A stretch of DNA of 64,000 bases from a virus (lineage: Duplodnaviria > Heunggongvirae > Uroviricota > Caudoviricetes). This document shows, one piece after another, positions 39,331 to 49,622 of this stretch. The notes under the pieces were generated by a model, which made no database searches, had not been told where the DNA came from, and was given only the letters and a program-made list of their open reading frames with translations. Position 1 is the stretch's first letter, and each line of letters starts with the position of its first letter. The stretch covers positions 73,310 through 137,309 of IMG/VR virus record IMGVR_UViG_3300032334_002267. One strand, 5' to 3'. The position numbers and the translations under genes are program-made.

Positions 39331-39990
39331 GTTGCAATTGTCAAAATGGAATCTTTTAAGATTCCCCATATTTTTACTGGACTTATTACAGTGAGGACAG
39401 CTAGATTCTTCTCTGTTTTTCCAAGATTCCTTTAATCTTTCCCTGGTCTCAGGACTGTGGGATTTCCCATAAAAAGAATTTTTATCGCCCTTCCTAGATT
39501 CTGACATCTTTAATTTTACAGTATCCGAAAGTACTAATCCCTTAGCAGATTTAGAAATGTTCATTCTATGGGATTCCGTAAATTTAATTCCTAGGAGTCC
39601 TAAAGAAATATTTACTTTATGGGATTCGCTTTTTGGTTTCCTCATTTTCTTTTTAGTTGATTCACTTTTACTAACCCCCTTAAATTTTTCGGATATATCA
39701 CTTCTCATTTCTGAATATAATCTAGATCCGCATTTATATTTACTGTCCGAATTGCACATTAACCAGAAAGCGAAAGAAAGACCTATGCTATTAGGATAAA
39801 CCCTAAATAAAAGTAAATGCGCTATAAAATGTTCTCTGGCTGTTAGTAATATTAAATTGCCTTCTGAATTATCCCCTCCCATGCAAAGAGGATTTATATG
39901 ATGAAGCTCGTAATAGACACCAGATCCTTTCTTTCTATTGAGATTAGACCTAGTTTCTATTAATCTATCGTAGTGTCTTTGGTAATCCAT
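39313..39990 (-). CDS. HNH homing endonuclease with NUMOD3 repeats
   Basis: ELHHINPLCMGGDNSEGNLILLTAREHFIAHL, plus four GxSKSEETRxKM-type NUMOD3 repeats. Confidence 0.8.
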   Translation of the reverse strand: MDYQRHYDRLIETRSNLNRKKGSGVYYELHHINPLCMGGDNSEGNLILLTAREHFIAHLLLFRVYPNSIGLSFAFWLMCNSDSKYKCGSRLYSEMRSDISEKFKGVSKSESTKKKMRKPKSESHKVNISLGLLGIKFTESHRMNISKSAKGLVLSDTVKLKMSESRKGDKNSFYGKSHSPETRERLKESWKNREESSCPHCNKSSKNMGNLKRFHFDNCNKKPGI

Positions 39991-40298
39991 TTTTTAGAAA
40001 AAAGGTAAGCGACAAAAAAAATTCCTGATATTACATAGAATATTATGTCTGCGATCCAATAGCTACCCGTTAATCGCATTATGTAAGCAAATAGCCCATC
40101 GTATCCTAACGGAAAAAAAAACATGGAAGCCATCAAGAACCATATTGGTAATTTTTCTTTTATTTTTGTTTTTTGTATCACCAGGGTCGTCCATAATGGA
40201 AATTTTTTTCTGAATTTACTCGTATTGTGGAAAATACTTGAGATATTTCCAAGAAAACATCTTTTAATGGAAAAATTCAGGGATTCTTTGTTATCCAC
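39960..40298 (-). CDS. small membrane protein
   Basis: Hydrophobic helices. Confidence 0.3.
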   Translation of the reverse strand: MDNKESLNFSIKRCFLGNISSIFHNTSKFRKKFPLWTTLVIQKTKIKEKLPIWFLMASMFFFPLGYDGLFAYIMRLTGSYWIADIIFYVISGIFFVAYLFSKKWITKDTTID

Positions 40299-40348
40299 TT
40301 GTATATATTGAAACCCCGTCTGTTATAGAAAATAAAGATATATAGGAC

Positions 40349-41014
40349 ATGGCGATACTAAAATATATGGGGTTTCTGGGAAGCACTAAGGTTCAAGAAA
40401 CTTTTAAAATGGCAGAACCAGAGGACGAAACTGAATACTCCTATGAGGAGCTGGATACCTATGCACAAGCTAAGGCAATAGACAATTTCAGATCTGACGA
40501 AGATCTGATCCCCCATGATTGGTACAAGGAAATGGTGAAAGAATTTGAGGATGAACTAGCGGAGATAGGGATAGAAGATGTAGACTTTCAATTTAGTGGA
40601 TTCTACAGTCAAGGCGACGGGGCTTCTTTTACAGGAAGTATCACGGATAATAAAAAATTCATAGAGGATGTTCTGGGTATTAGAGATTTAAGACCAGAGG
40701 TCTATGATAATTTAACAATAGAGATAAAAAGATCTCAATCTAGATACGTTCACGAGAACACAGTTGATGTTGAAGTTGATTTGGAAGAGACAGAATTGGA
40801 ATTTCCGGTTTCTGCCGATTTCTCAATTATAATAGACATGGAGAAAGAGGCAGGAAAGATCGAGGAGAAGGGTAACGATTGGCTCAGATCTAAATGCAGA
40901 GAATTCTACAGAAAACTGGAGGATGAATACGAAAGTTTCACTTCTGACGATTACATCGAGAACTTTATCACAGCTAATGACTATAAATTCGATAAAGAGG
41001 GGAACCTCATATAA
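40349..41014 (+). CDS. highly acidic protein
   Basis: D/E-rich across 221 aa. Confidence 0.45.
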   Translation: MAILKYMGFLGSTKVQETFKMAEPEDETEYSYEELDTYAQAKAIDNFRSDEDLIPHDWYKEMVKEFEDELAEIGIEDVDFQFSGFYSQGDGASFTGSITDNKKFIEDVLGIRDLRPEVYDNLTIEIKRSQSRYVHENTVDVEVDLEETELEFPVSADFSIIIDMEKEAGKIEEKGNDWLRSKCREFYRKLEDEYESFTSDDYIENFITANDYKFDKEGNLI

Positions 41015-41190
41015 AAATTTATAGAAATGAGCAAATCAGTAAAATTAGACGACTGGTACAAGCCTGAAGAACATCAGGGAAGAAGTAAAAAACAGGTAGA
41101 GGGAAATTATAAAATCCAGGGTATAGCTATTCTTGGTCTTTTAATTACCTTTATAGCTTCAATGGTGTACCTGATCATCAGATCAATTCA

Positions 41191-41676
41191 CTAAGAAAAA
41201 CTTTCAGATTTATTTCTTAAAGATTCCTCCCATTTTCTAAAAATGAGATTTCCTCTCTTGTAGGCATCAGCCTCTATTTTCTCTGAGCCTTTTGATTTTT
41301 TGTAAATACCCTCTGCGGCCTTTTCTATATCCATGCCTTTATTGAGCTTCTGATCTGCATGAATTAATTCGTGGGTTAGTGATCTTAGACAGTCTTTAAG
41401 TGATCTTCCTTTTGTGTAGATGATAATTTGATTAAAATCAGGTGAATAATTCCCAGTCTCTTTGAAAACAGGGAATTCTTCTTGCTTAGCTCTGCTGAAA
41501 AAAATCTTAGGCATTTCTTTGAACTTTATGCCTTCTTCCTCATCCATGAATTTGATAATGTCTGAAGCCAATTTTGTTACATCCTGATTCTCCATTCGAA
41601 AAGATCTCCCGGAGTTAATAGGATCTAGCTTTTTTATGTCTTCAATATAATCAGAAAATGTTTTTACCTTTTTCAT
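41191..41676 (-). CDS. HExxH protein with N-terminal family motif
   Basis: LTHELIHADQ. Confidence 0.4.
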   Translation of the reverse strand: MKKVKTFSDYIEDIKKLDPINSGRSFRMENQDVTKLASDIIKFMDEEEGIKFKEMPKIFFSRAKQEEFPVFKETGNYSPDFNQIIIYTKGRSLKDCLRSLTHELIHADQKLNKGMDIEKAAEGIYKKSKGSEKIEADAYKRGNLIFRKWEESLRNKSESFS

Positions 41677-42500
41677 TATCTCAATTTACCTAAATTCATT
41701 TTGTTTTTCATCTTAATATAACGATCTGTGGAAATTCTAGGTCTAATAAATTCTTTTCTGTCTATCTCTCTGTTTTGGCTTACTATTTCAAGGCCTCTCT
41801 CTAAAACATAAACCATATATCTGCAATCAAATAGCGCATCATGTGCTTCGTTAGGATCTATTCCGAGACCAGCAGCAACTTTAGGTAGAGAAGATGTTGG
41901 GAGTTTACCTCCTGATGTTGTTCCTATTGCGGTTAATATTTTTTGAACCTCTGGATCAGTCTCAGCTAGTTTCTGAAGAGTTGGAAGCATGAAGTATGCA
42001 AAGAAATCCTTTGTGTCAAAAATCTCTGTATCTAACCCTTTGAACTCTGATCTGATATTAATCATCGGCATATCGAAAGGTGCATTCTGTATTAAAAGAA
42101 CAGTACTGTCAAATTGATTAACAAATTTTATTAGGTTATCAATTACCTCTTGTTCTTCTTTGAATTTACCTTTACTTACTCCATATCTTGTGTATTTAAA
42201 AACGTCTTTTATTCTGGATCCCTCCGTGTCTTTCTGAGCTAATGTTTCAGGGGTTAGCTTAATTTTTTCATTATAGCTATCAACCTCCGAGAATTTTAAT
42301 GATTCAAAATCGAAAGAGAATGCTACTGCAGCTATTTGAGTTAGTTGCTCTTTCCAAGGACCTCTTAGTCCTGTTGTTTCTGTATCTAGAGCTATGAATG
42401 TGCAATTTTTTCTCTTTTCTAGCCAACTGAAAAGTTCATCCGTACTTAGATATTTAATTGCCTCGTTTATAAAGTCCTTATATGAATGTATATTCTGCAT
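41676..42500 (-). CDS. DEDDh (DnaQ-like) 3'-5' exonuclease with N-terminal family motif
   Basis: Exo I IALDTETTGL, Exo II NAPFDM, Exo III HDALFDCRYM. Confidence 0.7.
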   Translation of the reverse strand: MQNIHSYKDFINEAIKYLSTDELFSWLEKRKNCTFIALDTETTGLRGPWKEQLTQIAAVAFSFDFESLKFSEVDSYNEKIKLTPETLAQKDTEGSRIKDVFKYTRYGVSKGKFKEEQEVIDNLIKFVNQFDSTVLLIQNAPFDMPMINIRSEFKGLDTEIFDTKDFFAYFMLPTLQKLAETDPEVQKILTAIGTTSGGKLPTSSLPKVAAGLGIDPNEAHDALFDCRYMVYVLERGLEIVSQNREIDRKEFIRPRISTDRYIKMKNKMNLGKLR

Positions 42501-42501
42501 G

Positions 42502-42930
42502 TTAAATTTCGCTCTGATATTTCTCTATTCTAGATTTTAAATTATTTAGTCTTCTCATAATCTCGTCTTTGTTCTGGAGAAGATCTCTTGCCATTTTTTT
42601 CTGATCTTCGGGATTTCTCTCGTAGTTGGCAGCATACTCAAGTGTTTCAAAAGCATCTTTTGTTGATTCTATAACTTCATCTAGAAATTCAAGATCAAGG
42701 AAATTCTTAAAGTATTTTGTTAGAAGATTAAAACTCTTTCTGTTTACTATCCCACCTTGAGCAAATTTTTTCTTAAACTCATTAATCTCCTTTTGATTTA
42801 GACTAAATATAAAGTCTTCAACTTCAACGGATCTAAAATCCTTCTCTTTTAACATAGCGAAGAGATCTCTTGCTTTATCAATCTTATCACCCTTTGCTGT
42901 GTAAGCTTCAAAAATTTGAATATGTTTCAT
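42502..42930 (-). CDS. hypothetical protein with N-terminal MKHIQIFEAY
   Basis: 142-aa ORF. Confidence 0.45.
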   Translation of the reverse strand: MKHIQIFEAYTAKGDKIDKARDLFAMLKEKDFRSVEVEDFIFSLNQKEINEFKKKFAQGGIVNRKSFNLLTKYFKNFLDLEFLDEVIESTKDAFETLEYAANYERNPEDQKKMARDLLQNKDEIMRRLNNLKSRIEKYQSEI

Positions 42931-42950
42931 TTTTTTATATTTTTGTTTAT

Positions 42951-43991
42951 TTAGAATCCTAAGTCTGCAAGATCTGCAGATGCGTCCGAACCTTCTTTAT
43001 CGTAATCTTCAATTGTTTTCCAGATAGCAGGAAGCTCCTTCTTAATATGATCTATTATTTCAAACTTCTTAGGGTGATCGGTTATAGCACCATAAGCAGT
43101 TGAAACGTCGGCTAATGAGAATAAATTTCTGATTACGTTAGACTTATCGGACCATCTATCTTCCCAACTTCTAAGTAAAGCATTTTTAAAACTTAAATTA
43201 TATTGCTTCATTACCTTAAACGTGTTTACAAGAGAATCATAAATTTTTGGAGCAATTCCATTCTCCTCAAAATTTACAGTTCCTTGAGGGATTGGAATAT
43301 CGCTTATATCTGTGATCTGATTTTTAGAAAAATCCATGTTTCCTTTAATAGAAGTCGTGCCAGGTTTAAGTCCTTTTAGATTCTTAAGTTTATTGTTACT
43401 AACATTAATGTTATTAGAAATATCTTCCGGACATCCTTCCAATGTTTCAAGATCATTATTTTGAGCCATAAGAGATCTAACTGATTTAGGAGCTCCTGAA
43501 AGATCCTCTAAATTATTATAGCTACAGATTAAACTACCGTTTATCTTTTTAGGTAATCCTTCTAATGAAGTTAATCCGCAATGTGAGCAATCAACTTTAC
43601 CTCCGATTTCACTAGGGGCAAATTCTAAACTTTTTAGCTTCTTGTTATAAGAGCAATTGAAATCAGCTCCAACTGTTAAAGGTCCATTCTTTAAACTTGT
43701 TAATTTATTGTAGTCGCAATCAAAGCTACCGCCAACTTCTTCTGGTGCACCCTTTAGACCATCTAAGTCGTTGTGGCTACAGTCAAAGTTTCCTGAGACT
43801 GTTCCAAATAGAATTCCTTTAAAATCCGATAGATCGTGATCGGAGCAATCCAAGTCACCTTGGATGTCTATTCTTCTGGTTAAGGAGTTGTACTCCCATT
43901 TACCGTCAACCACCTCTTCGAGGAATTGTTCTTGCTCCTCAGTTAAATTTGATGAGGATTCGAAAATTTTAAAATCTAGTATTCTTTTCAT
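42951..43991 (-). CDS. LRR-repeat paralog-family protein (ends ...ADLADLGF)
   Basis: About seven 22-23-aa repeats FxCSxNxLxSLxGAPxxVGG; conserved termini. Confidence 0.6.
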   Translation of the reverse strand: MKRILDFKIFESSSNLTEEQEQFLEEVVDGKWEYNSLTRRIDIQGDLDCSDHDLSDFKGILFGTVSGNFDCSHNDLDGLKGAPEEVGGSFDCDYNKLTSLKNGPLTVGADFNCSYNKKLKSLEFAPSEIGGKVDCSHCGLTSLEGLPKKINGSLICSYNNLEDLSGAPKSVRSLMAQNNDLETLEGCPEDISNNINVSNNKLKNLKGLKPGTTSIKGNMDFSKNQITDISDIPIPQGTVNFEENGIAPKIYDSLVNTFKVMKQYNLSFKNALLRSWEDRWSDKSNVIRNLFSLADVSTAYGAITDHPKKFEIIDHIKKELPAIWKTIEDYDKEGSDASADLADLGF

Positions 43992-44008
43992 ATCTTTATG
44001 TTGTAAAA

Positions 44009-44509
44009 TTAAAATCCAAGTTCTCCCAGATCTGCAGAAGCCGAAGCCGAGTCAGCATCGTTATTTCTTTTTAATATATCCCAGAGATCCGGTGTCTTTT
44101 TTAGTATTGAAGCAACTTTAAATCTATTTTCAAGCTTAGAAATATCACTAAGAAGAGTGTCAAAGCTTGTATTTTTAATCTCGCACACTCTTTCGTATTC
44201 GCTGTCAAAAACTTCAAAGTCAAATTTCAAGGGAGAGGGTTCAGTTAAAACGATAGAAACAAATTCTCCCGTCGGCGATTCCTCGCATCCTAGGTATGTT
44301 CCAGGTCCTTTACCTTTAGTGAAATATCCCGGAGCAATGCTTGGGGCTAATTCGATAAGCTCTTCTGAGTTTAAGGAAGGGGGTAGATTAGATTTTTGAA
44401 TATTGGTGTCGAAATGCCAAAAGTCAAACACTAAATTTCCTATAAATCTGGATCTAGATCCTAAATCATCCCTTTTTAAAAAGCTCTCAAAAAGTAAAAT
44501 ATGCTTCAT
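44009..44509 (-). CDS. paralog-family protein without LRRs (MKHILLFESF ... ADLGELGF)
   Basis: Conserved N- and C-terminal modules. Confidence 0.5.
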   Translation of the reverse strand: MKHILLFESFLKRDDLGSRSRFIGNLVFDFWHFDTNIQKSNLPPSLNSEELIELAPSIAPGYFTKGKGPGTYLGCEESPTGEFVSIVLTEPSPLKFDFEVFDSEYERVCEIKNTSFDTLLSDISKLENRFKVASILKKTPDLWDILKRNNDADSASASADLGELGF

Positions 44510-44560
44510 TACAGACTATATATCCTCCTCGGTATCATTGTATATTGGATATATACAGGA

Positions 44561-45034
44561 ATGAAATACTTATCCCTATTTGAGACCTATACGGCAACAT
44601 TAAACAGCGATTACCTGCCAGTGGTTACGTCAGTACCCCACATAAAAGCAGGTTGTGAAAGACTCGCCGAAGTTTTTTTAGACGAATTAGGCAAAGAATA
44701 CGACCTAAGGAAGGGTAAGAAATTCGATAAAGAAATAGGGAATTGCGCATGGTTTACCCTGGAGTTTTTCAGATGGTGTGAAAATCAAAGGCTTCCTGTA
44801 AAAGTTATCTATTTCCCGGAGACCTCAAAAGCTAAAGATGCTCACGTGGCTCCTTATCTACAGGGGTTTGTTATAGATTTTGCTCATAAGCAGTTTTCAC
44901 AAAATCCAAAGGAGAGATTCAAAGTTTCAGAACCTAAGCAGTATTCTAAGTATGGATATGATCCTAGTCAGGCGGATATTCTGGATGAATTTCCTAATTG
45001 GATTCAAACCATTCACCCTTTAAAGAAGAAGTAA
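44561..45034 (+). CDS. hypothetical protein (MKYLSLFETY)
   Basis: ATG at 44561, preceded by GGATATATACAGGA. Confidence 0.45.
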   Translation: MKYLSLFETYTATLNSDYLPVVTSVPHIKAGCERLAEVFLDELGKEYDLRKGKKFDKEIGNCAWFTLEFFRWCENQRLPVKVIYFPETSKAKDAHVAPYLQGFVIDFAHKQFSQNPKERFKVSEPKQYSKYGYDPSQADILDEFPNWIQTIHPLKKK

Positions 45035-45682
45035 TCACTTCTTTTTTCCCAAAAGAATTGGAATTATAAAAGAGAGTAAAACTCCTCCGGAGAAGAGAAG
45101 ATCCACGTGTTCAGTGGTTAAATCTTTTAGCCAATAAGATGCTATCAATTTAAGCCCTAAAGCTCCTATAACATAATAGGCCACTTTTTCTAAAATTGGG
45201 GTTTTTTCAAGAAGGTCTATAAAGCTGTTTGTTGCAAATCTCATAGCCAGAATTCCAATGAAAACCCCTCCACAGATAAGCCACAGGTTCGGTGTAAATG
45301 CTACAGCTGCAAAAACATTATCTATAGAAAAAACCAAGTCCATAACCTCGATCATAAAAATAGTGGACCAGAAAGCATTCAAAAATGGAATCTTAACAGC
45401 TCCGGGTTCCTTGCTACCTTCATTTTTAGATAAGGATTTCCAAGCTATATAAAAGAGGTATGCTCCTCCAAGAACTTTAAGCCAAGTGAGTTTAATAAGC
45501 CAGCTGGCAAGAACTAATGCTAACCACCTAAAAAGATATGCTCCTAGAAGTCCATAGGTTAGCGCTTTTTTGCGTTTTTCTGTTGGTAATGGTTTTACCA
45601 TCGTAGCTAAAACAGCTGCGTTATCGATGCTTAAAATGACTTCTAGAACGAATATATTTACGAGTATTAGTAAATCTGTCAT
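45035..45682 (-). CDS. TerC-family integral membrane protein
   Basis: LSIDNAAVLA and FSIDNVFAAVAF motifs. Confidence 0.7.
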   Translation of the reverse strand: MTDLLILVNIFVLEVILSIDNAAVLATMVKPLPTEKRKKALTYGLLGAYLFRWLALVLASWLIKLTWLKVLGGAYLFYIAWKSLSKNEGSKEPGAVKIPFLNAFWSTIFMIEVMDLVFSIDNVFAAVAFTPNLWLICGGVFIGILAMRFATNSFIDLLEKTPILEKVAYYVIGALGLKLIASYWLKDLTTEHVDLLFSGGVLLSFIIPILLGKKK

Positions 45683-45684
45683 TT

Positions 45685-46164
45685 TTAGTGTTTAAGGTTG
45701 AGCTTATTCTGGATATCTTTTATCTTATCAGACATCTTTGGGTATTTAATGCTCGTTTCATTTCTAATCTCAGTAACAGGGGATTCTGTTGTGTCTGAAG
45801 CTGGCCTTCTTACAACCATTCTCAACATTTTATTAGAGGATGACTCCTCGTATTTCTTTGCATCCTTTCTTAAATCCTCCAGCATAGCATAAAACTCCTT
45901 CTCCCTCTGGTAAGCATTATCTCCGCAATCATTCCTCTCCCTTCTTATTTTAGCATTAAGAGTGTCAACCTGATTCTCAAGTATTTGTATTCTAGAGCTG
46001 TTTCTTGCGTTTTCCTCCTTAAGATCCTTGCAGTCTACAGTTAAAGCAGATATAAGGGAGGGAGCTATTGTTATAATCGTAATTGAAAAAAGAAGCATCA
46101 GTAAAGCCAGGGTCTTCTGAGCCCGGGTAAACTGTTTTAGTATTTCTGAAATGTATTTAAACAT
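45685..46164 (-). CDS. membrane-anchored coiled-coil protein
   Basis: N-terminal TM helix, then heptad-like region. Confidence 0.4.
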   Translation of the reverse strand: MFKYISEILKQFTRAQKTLALLMLLFSITIITIAPSLISALTVDCKDLKEENARNSSRIQILENQVDTLNAKIRRERNDCGDNAYQREKEFYAMLEDLRKDAKKYEESSSNKMLRMVVRRPASDTTESPVTEIRNETSIKYPKMSDKIKDIQNKLNLKH

Positions 46165-46169
46165 GTTAA

Positions 46170-46856
46170 TTAAAACCCTAGATCTCCCAAATCAGCAGAG
46201 GCTTCTACCGAATCAAGATCACCTAATTTATTTTTAAGTATTTTCCAAACCTCTGGACTATTCTTTTTAAGAGAGCTCATGATTTTAAATTTATAGGGAC
46301 TCGCATAAATTAAATCTACAATTTCACTAGAATCTTCAGAATTTAATAGAGCGGATACCAGAATATATTCAATCAATCCGGGAAATGGATCTAATTTTGC
46401 TGAATTTGTGAGAATCTCTTTCATGAGTTCTGGGTTTTTTCCAGCTTTTAATTTAGCAATGTTGCTGTTGTAATTATTTCTGAATCCGATTCTTGGTAGA
46501 AGAGTGGAAATGAAGTAGTTGCTCATATTCTCAACGGCTTTATTCCAGTCATCCATAGTAACAAGATTGCACCTTCTAACTGTATAACCATCTCTTATTA
46601 TCTGACCTTTTAAAGGATAAAAATTAAAAACATGAAATGGTTTTCCGTCAATAGAAACCACAGGCCCCATTCCTAAAGTTCTTGTCCCATTCTTGTATGC
46701 AACACTACCTGTGACCCAAGATGCGGGCATAAAATTTTTAAACATCAAAAAACTTGGAAGTTTACTTAACTCCTCGTGGGAAGGAATTTCAGAAATGTTA
46801 CTAGGAAAATTGGTAGCAGCTTCAAAAAGCTCTTTAAAATTTAATATTTTTTTCAT
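46170..46856 (-). CDS. paralog-family protein (MKKILNFKELFE ... ADLGDLGF)
   Basis: Conserved termini. Confidence 0.5.
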   Translation of the reverse strand: MKKILNFKELFEAATNFPSNISEIPSHEELSKLPSFLMFKNFMPASWVTGSVAYKNGTRTLGMGPVVSIDGKPFHVFNFYPLKGQIIRDGYTVRRCNLVTMDDWNKAVENMSNYFISTLLPRIGFRNNYNSNIAKLKAGKNPELMKEILTNSAKLDPFPGLIEYILVSALLNSEDSSEIVDLIYASPYKFKIMSSLKKNSPEVWKILKNKLGDLDSVEASADLGDLGF

Positions 46857-46871
46857 CTAATATAATTCGAT

Positions 46872-47960
46872 TTAGTATAATCCAGATCTTATCATCTTGC
46901 CTATTCTGCCAATGTCTTTGATCCCTAATTTCTTTAAAACTTTTTCCTTTAACTCAGGTAAAGAATCTAGGAGATAGATGTCCAACGGATTATCTTCAAA
47001 ATATTTATATAGATAATGTCCTGAACCTACACCCTCAAGATAAGAAAGTAAGGAATCCAAACTTTCCTTATTCTTTATTGGAAGATGACCTGTGTTGTAA
47101 CCTCCGTTGAATTCTAAAATTGCCTTCATTATACCTTCGATTGTCCAGTCATATTTGCTCGGGAAAAAATGAAATCCAAAGTCATCTGATGAATTCACAT
47201 ACAATCCACCTTTAATATTCCCAGGAAGAGTCAGTCCAGATAGATCCCTAGGAACTCTTGATCCGTATATAGAGAAAGACCCTCTGATTTCATCAGGGGA
47301 TCCAATTAGATTTTTTAAGAAATCACTACTGTCAATCCTAAAATTACCACCAACATATCTTGGTGCTATATTTAGATCTTTGACTTTTACCCTGATAACA
47401 AAGGAGCCATCGACCTTTCCGAACTGAACACCAGAGAGATCACTGATGTCTTTATCTGAATTTACCTCAACTGAGGATGAAAAGTCAACTTTTTTAGTTT
47501 GATCGTTATACTTCCATTTTCCTTTGGTAACTCTATTAACTGCTTTAATTTGATCATCAGTTAAAGGCCCATGGTTTTTAGTTCTGATGTCTCTCTGGAC
47601 ATCTTTCTCCCATCTTTGTATTAGGTAGTCTAAAATATCCTTTAGATCGACAGGGAAATCTTTATATCTTTTAATGAAACCACTAGAAACCGATTTATCC
47701 CTAATGTAGCCACTTTTTTGTAGAACTATGCCATCCTTGTATCCTAGATCTCGGGTAAAGTTTTTTAGCAATATAGTTTGATTTAAAGCCATACGTGAAG
47801 TTGTCACATCGCTAAAACCAAGTTGTTGGAGGGTCTTCCATTCTGGCATGTCCTTCCAATTTGTGGGCCAGTTTGGATCTCCAGAGGGGATAAATCCCTC
47901 GTTAATTTTGGATTCTTTTATGTGATTGCTAAAAGAAGTGTAGTTTAAAATGTTAGGCAT
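46872..47960 (-). CDS. paralog-family-related protein
   Basis: NWPTNWKDMPEWKTLQQLGF and KGKWKYNDQTKKVDFS mirror segments of the 56895 gene. Confidence 0.5.
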   Translation of the reverse strand: MPNILNYTSFSNHIKESKINEGFIPSGDPNWPTNWKDMPEWKTLQQLGFSDVTTSRMALNQTILLKNFTRDLGYKDGIVLQKSGYIRDKSVSSGFIKRYKDFPVDLKDILDYLIQRWEKDVQRDIRTKNHGPLTDDQIKAVNRVTKGKWKYNDQTKKVDFSSSVEVNSDKDISDLSGVQFGKVDGSFVIRVKVKDLNIAPRYVGGNFRIDSSDFLKNLIGSPDEIRGSFSIYGSRVPRDLSGLTLPGNIKGGLYVNSSDDFGFHFFPSKYDWTIEGIMKAILEFNGGYNTGHLPIKNKESLDSLLSYLEGVGSGHYLYKYFEDNPLDIYLLDSLPELKEKVLKKLGIKDIGRIGKMIRSGLY

Positions 47961-48034
47961 ACCCTATATATCAAATAAAGAGGGACTCAAATATTATCTG
48001 AATCCCCCTTATAGGTGTTGGTTTTGGACTATTA

Positions 48035-48535
48035 TTAGTTTGAATAACCTCTGCTGTATCCCCAAACAGATCCTGTAGTTCCAGCTACTGTTCTTAGAAC
48101 CGATATTCCCAATTGTCCGGTTACTCCGGTTAATGTTGCATTTGTTCCATCTAGGTCGAGATAAGCTAATGTTGACCCTGATGCAGCTAAAACACTAGTT
48201 ATAGGGAGTTGTTTTTCGTTTGGTGCGTCTTTAAAATACCAGTTAATCCAATCTCCTGATGGACCTGCTGAAACTGAGACTGAATACGGATAAGTTAAAG
48301 TGATAGTTGTGCCAGAAGCACTGGTAACTGAGCCTCCTAGAGGAAGAGTTGAACCTATAACAGTTACTGTCCTTGTTGCAATAGAGGAAGAAATAGCACT
48401 AACTGCTCCTCTATCAGCTGAAGTGATGCTAACCGTTGTGCTTCCTGATGTAGCCCCCACGGTTCCGACTGTTCTGTTAACCGGATTATCTACCGGATTA
48501 TAACTTCTTGACGCTGTAAGTTGAAATATTGGCAT
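48035..48535 (-). CDS. S/T/G-rich putative structural protein
   Basis: Compositional bias typical of fibre or decoration proteins. Confidence 0.35.
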   Translation of the reverse strand: MPIFQLTASRSYNPVDNPVNRTVGTVGATSGSTTVSITSADRGAVSAISSSIATRTVTVIGSTLPLGGSVTSASGTTITLTYPYSVSVSAGPSGDWINWYFKDAPNEKQLPITSVLAASGSTLAYLDLDGTNATLTGVTGQLGISVLRTVAGTTGSVWGYSRGYSN

Positions 48536-48572
48536 TTTATACTCTTTTATTTAAAGTATATATCCAAAGTCT

Positions 48573-48800
48573 TTACTGATACATTTCGTCCAAAAAAGCA
48601 GATTCTATCTCTCCGTAGGTCTCGGAATTCATCTCCTCACTAAGAGAAGTATCTAAATACATTATATTTTCAACTGTCCACTCGTCCCATTCATTCCAGT
48701 TAGCGTATATTTCAAAAGAACGGCCTTTAAATTCCCCATTAAATGTTTTGTTGATGGAGGTTACTCTTCCCTCCGAGTAGTTAATAGTTAAAGATTCCAT
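48573..48800 (-). CDS. hypothetical small acidic protein
   Basis: 75-aa ORF. Confidence 0.3.
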   Translation of the reverse strand: MESLTINYSEGRVTSINKTFNGEFKGRSFEIYANWNEWDEWTVENIMYLDTSLSEEMNSETYGEIESAFLDEMYQ

Positions 48801-48804
48801 GTTT

Positions 48805-49617
48805 TTATTTTTGTATTTGAGGTACCCAGTGGGTCATTCTCCCGTCTGGTGTTATTTCATGTTTAATCTCATTACCCAGAGGATCTTTTTCCCTCCGATA
48901 AACTTCGAAAGAGAAAACAAAACTCCCGTGGTTTCCGTCCATGTCCGTGTAGGTAGCCAGAGTTGCACCTCCCTGATCGTAGCTCTTTTTTATAATTTTT
49001 CTGCTCCACTCCCATAGCTTTTTTAATCCATCATCCGGAATCTCGTTAGCCTTGAGATGGGGATTTATCCCTGCCCTATATAAAGATTCGCTTTTAATGT
49101 AATTTCCTATACCACTTACAACCTTCTGATCCATTAAAAGTTGACAAATGTTTTTATTCCCTCTCTTTACCAGTCTTTCTTTAAATAAATCAAACCCAAC
49201 ATCTTCGTTAAGTAGATCAGGTCCAGCTCCCTTTAGTTTCTCTTCAATCTGATTGGAATTATCATAGAATGAAATGTTACCAAACCTTCTAACATCATCA
49301 AAGTACACTGAGGATCCATCGGTGAATTCAAGAACAAAATGTGCGTGCTTTCCTTTTAGATCTCTCCATCCTCCGCTCATTCCCAACGTGTTCCACATGA
49401 AGATCTCTCCTATTTTTGCATAGATGAATTTTCCTTTCACCTTTACCCAATGAACTCTCTGTGGGGAATCTAACAGAGATTCTTGAATAATCGAAATCCC
49501 CGTGGGTGGCTTCTTTAACCATTTACCTCCGATCACTTCAGCTTTAGCTAAATCTTTTCCGACAATTCTCTGGGCTAAACCCTCAGACATTCTTCTAACT
49601 TCTGGTCCTTCTGGCAT
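48805..49617 (-). CDS. Fpg/Nei-family DNA glycosylase (zincless-finger type)
   Basis: N-terminal MPEGPEV (catalytic Pro2/Glu3); no C-terminal Cys4 finger. Confidence 0.8.
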   Translation of the reverse strand: MPEGPEVRRMSEGLAQRIVGKDLAKAEVIGGKWLKKPPTGISIIQESLLDSPQRVHWVKVKGKFIYAKIGEIFMWNTLGMSGGWRDLKGKHAHFVLEFTDGSSVYFDDVRRFGNISFYDNSNQIEEKLKGAGPDLLNEDVGFDLFKERLVKRGNKNICQLLMDQKVVSGIGNYIKSESLYRAGINPHLKANEIPDDGLKKLWEWSRKIIKKSYDQGGATLATYTDMDGNHGSFVFSFEVYRREKDPLGNEIKHEITPDGRMTHWVPQIQK

Positions 49618-49622
49618 AACGT

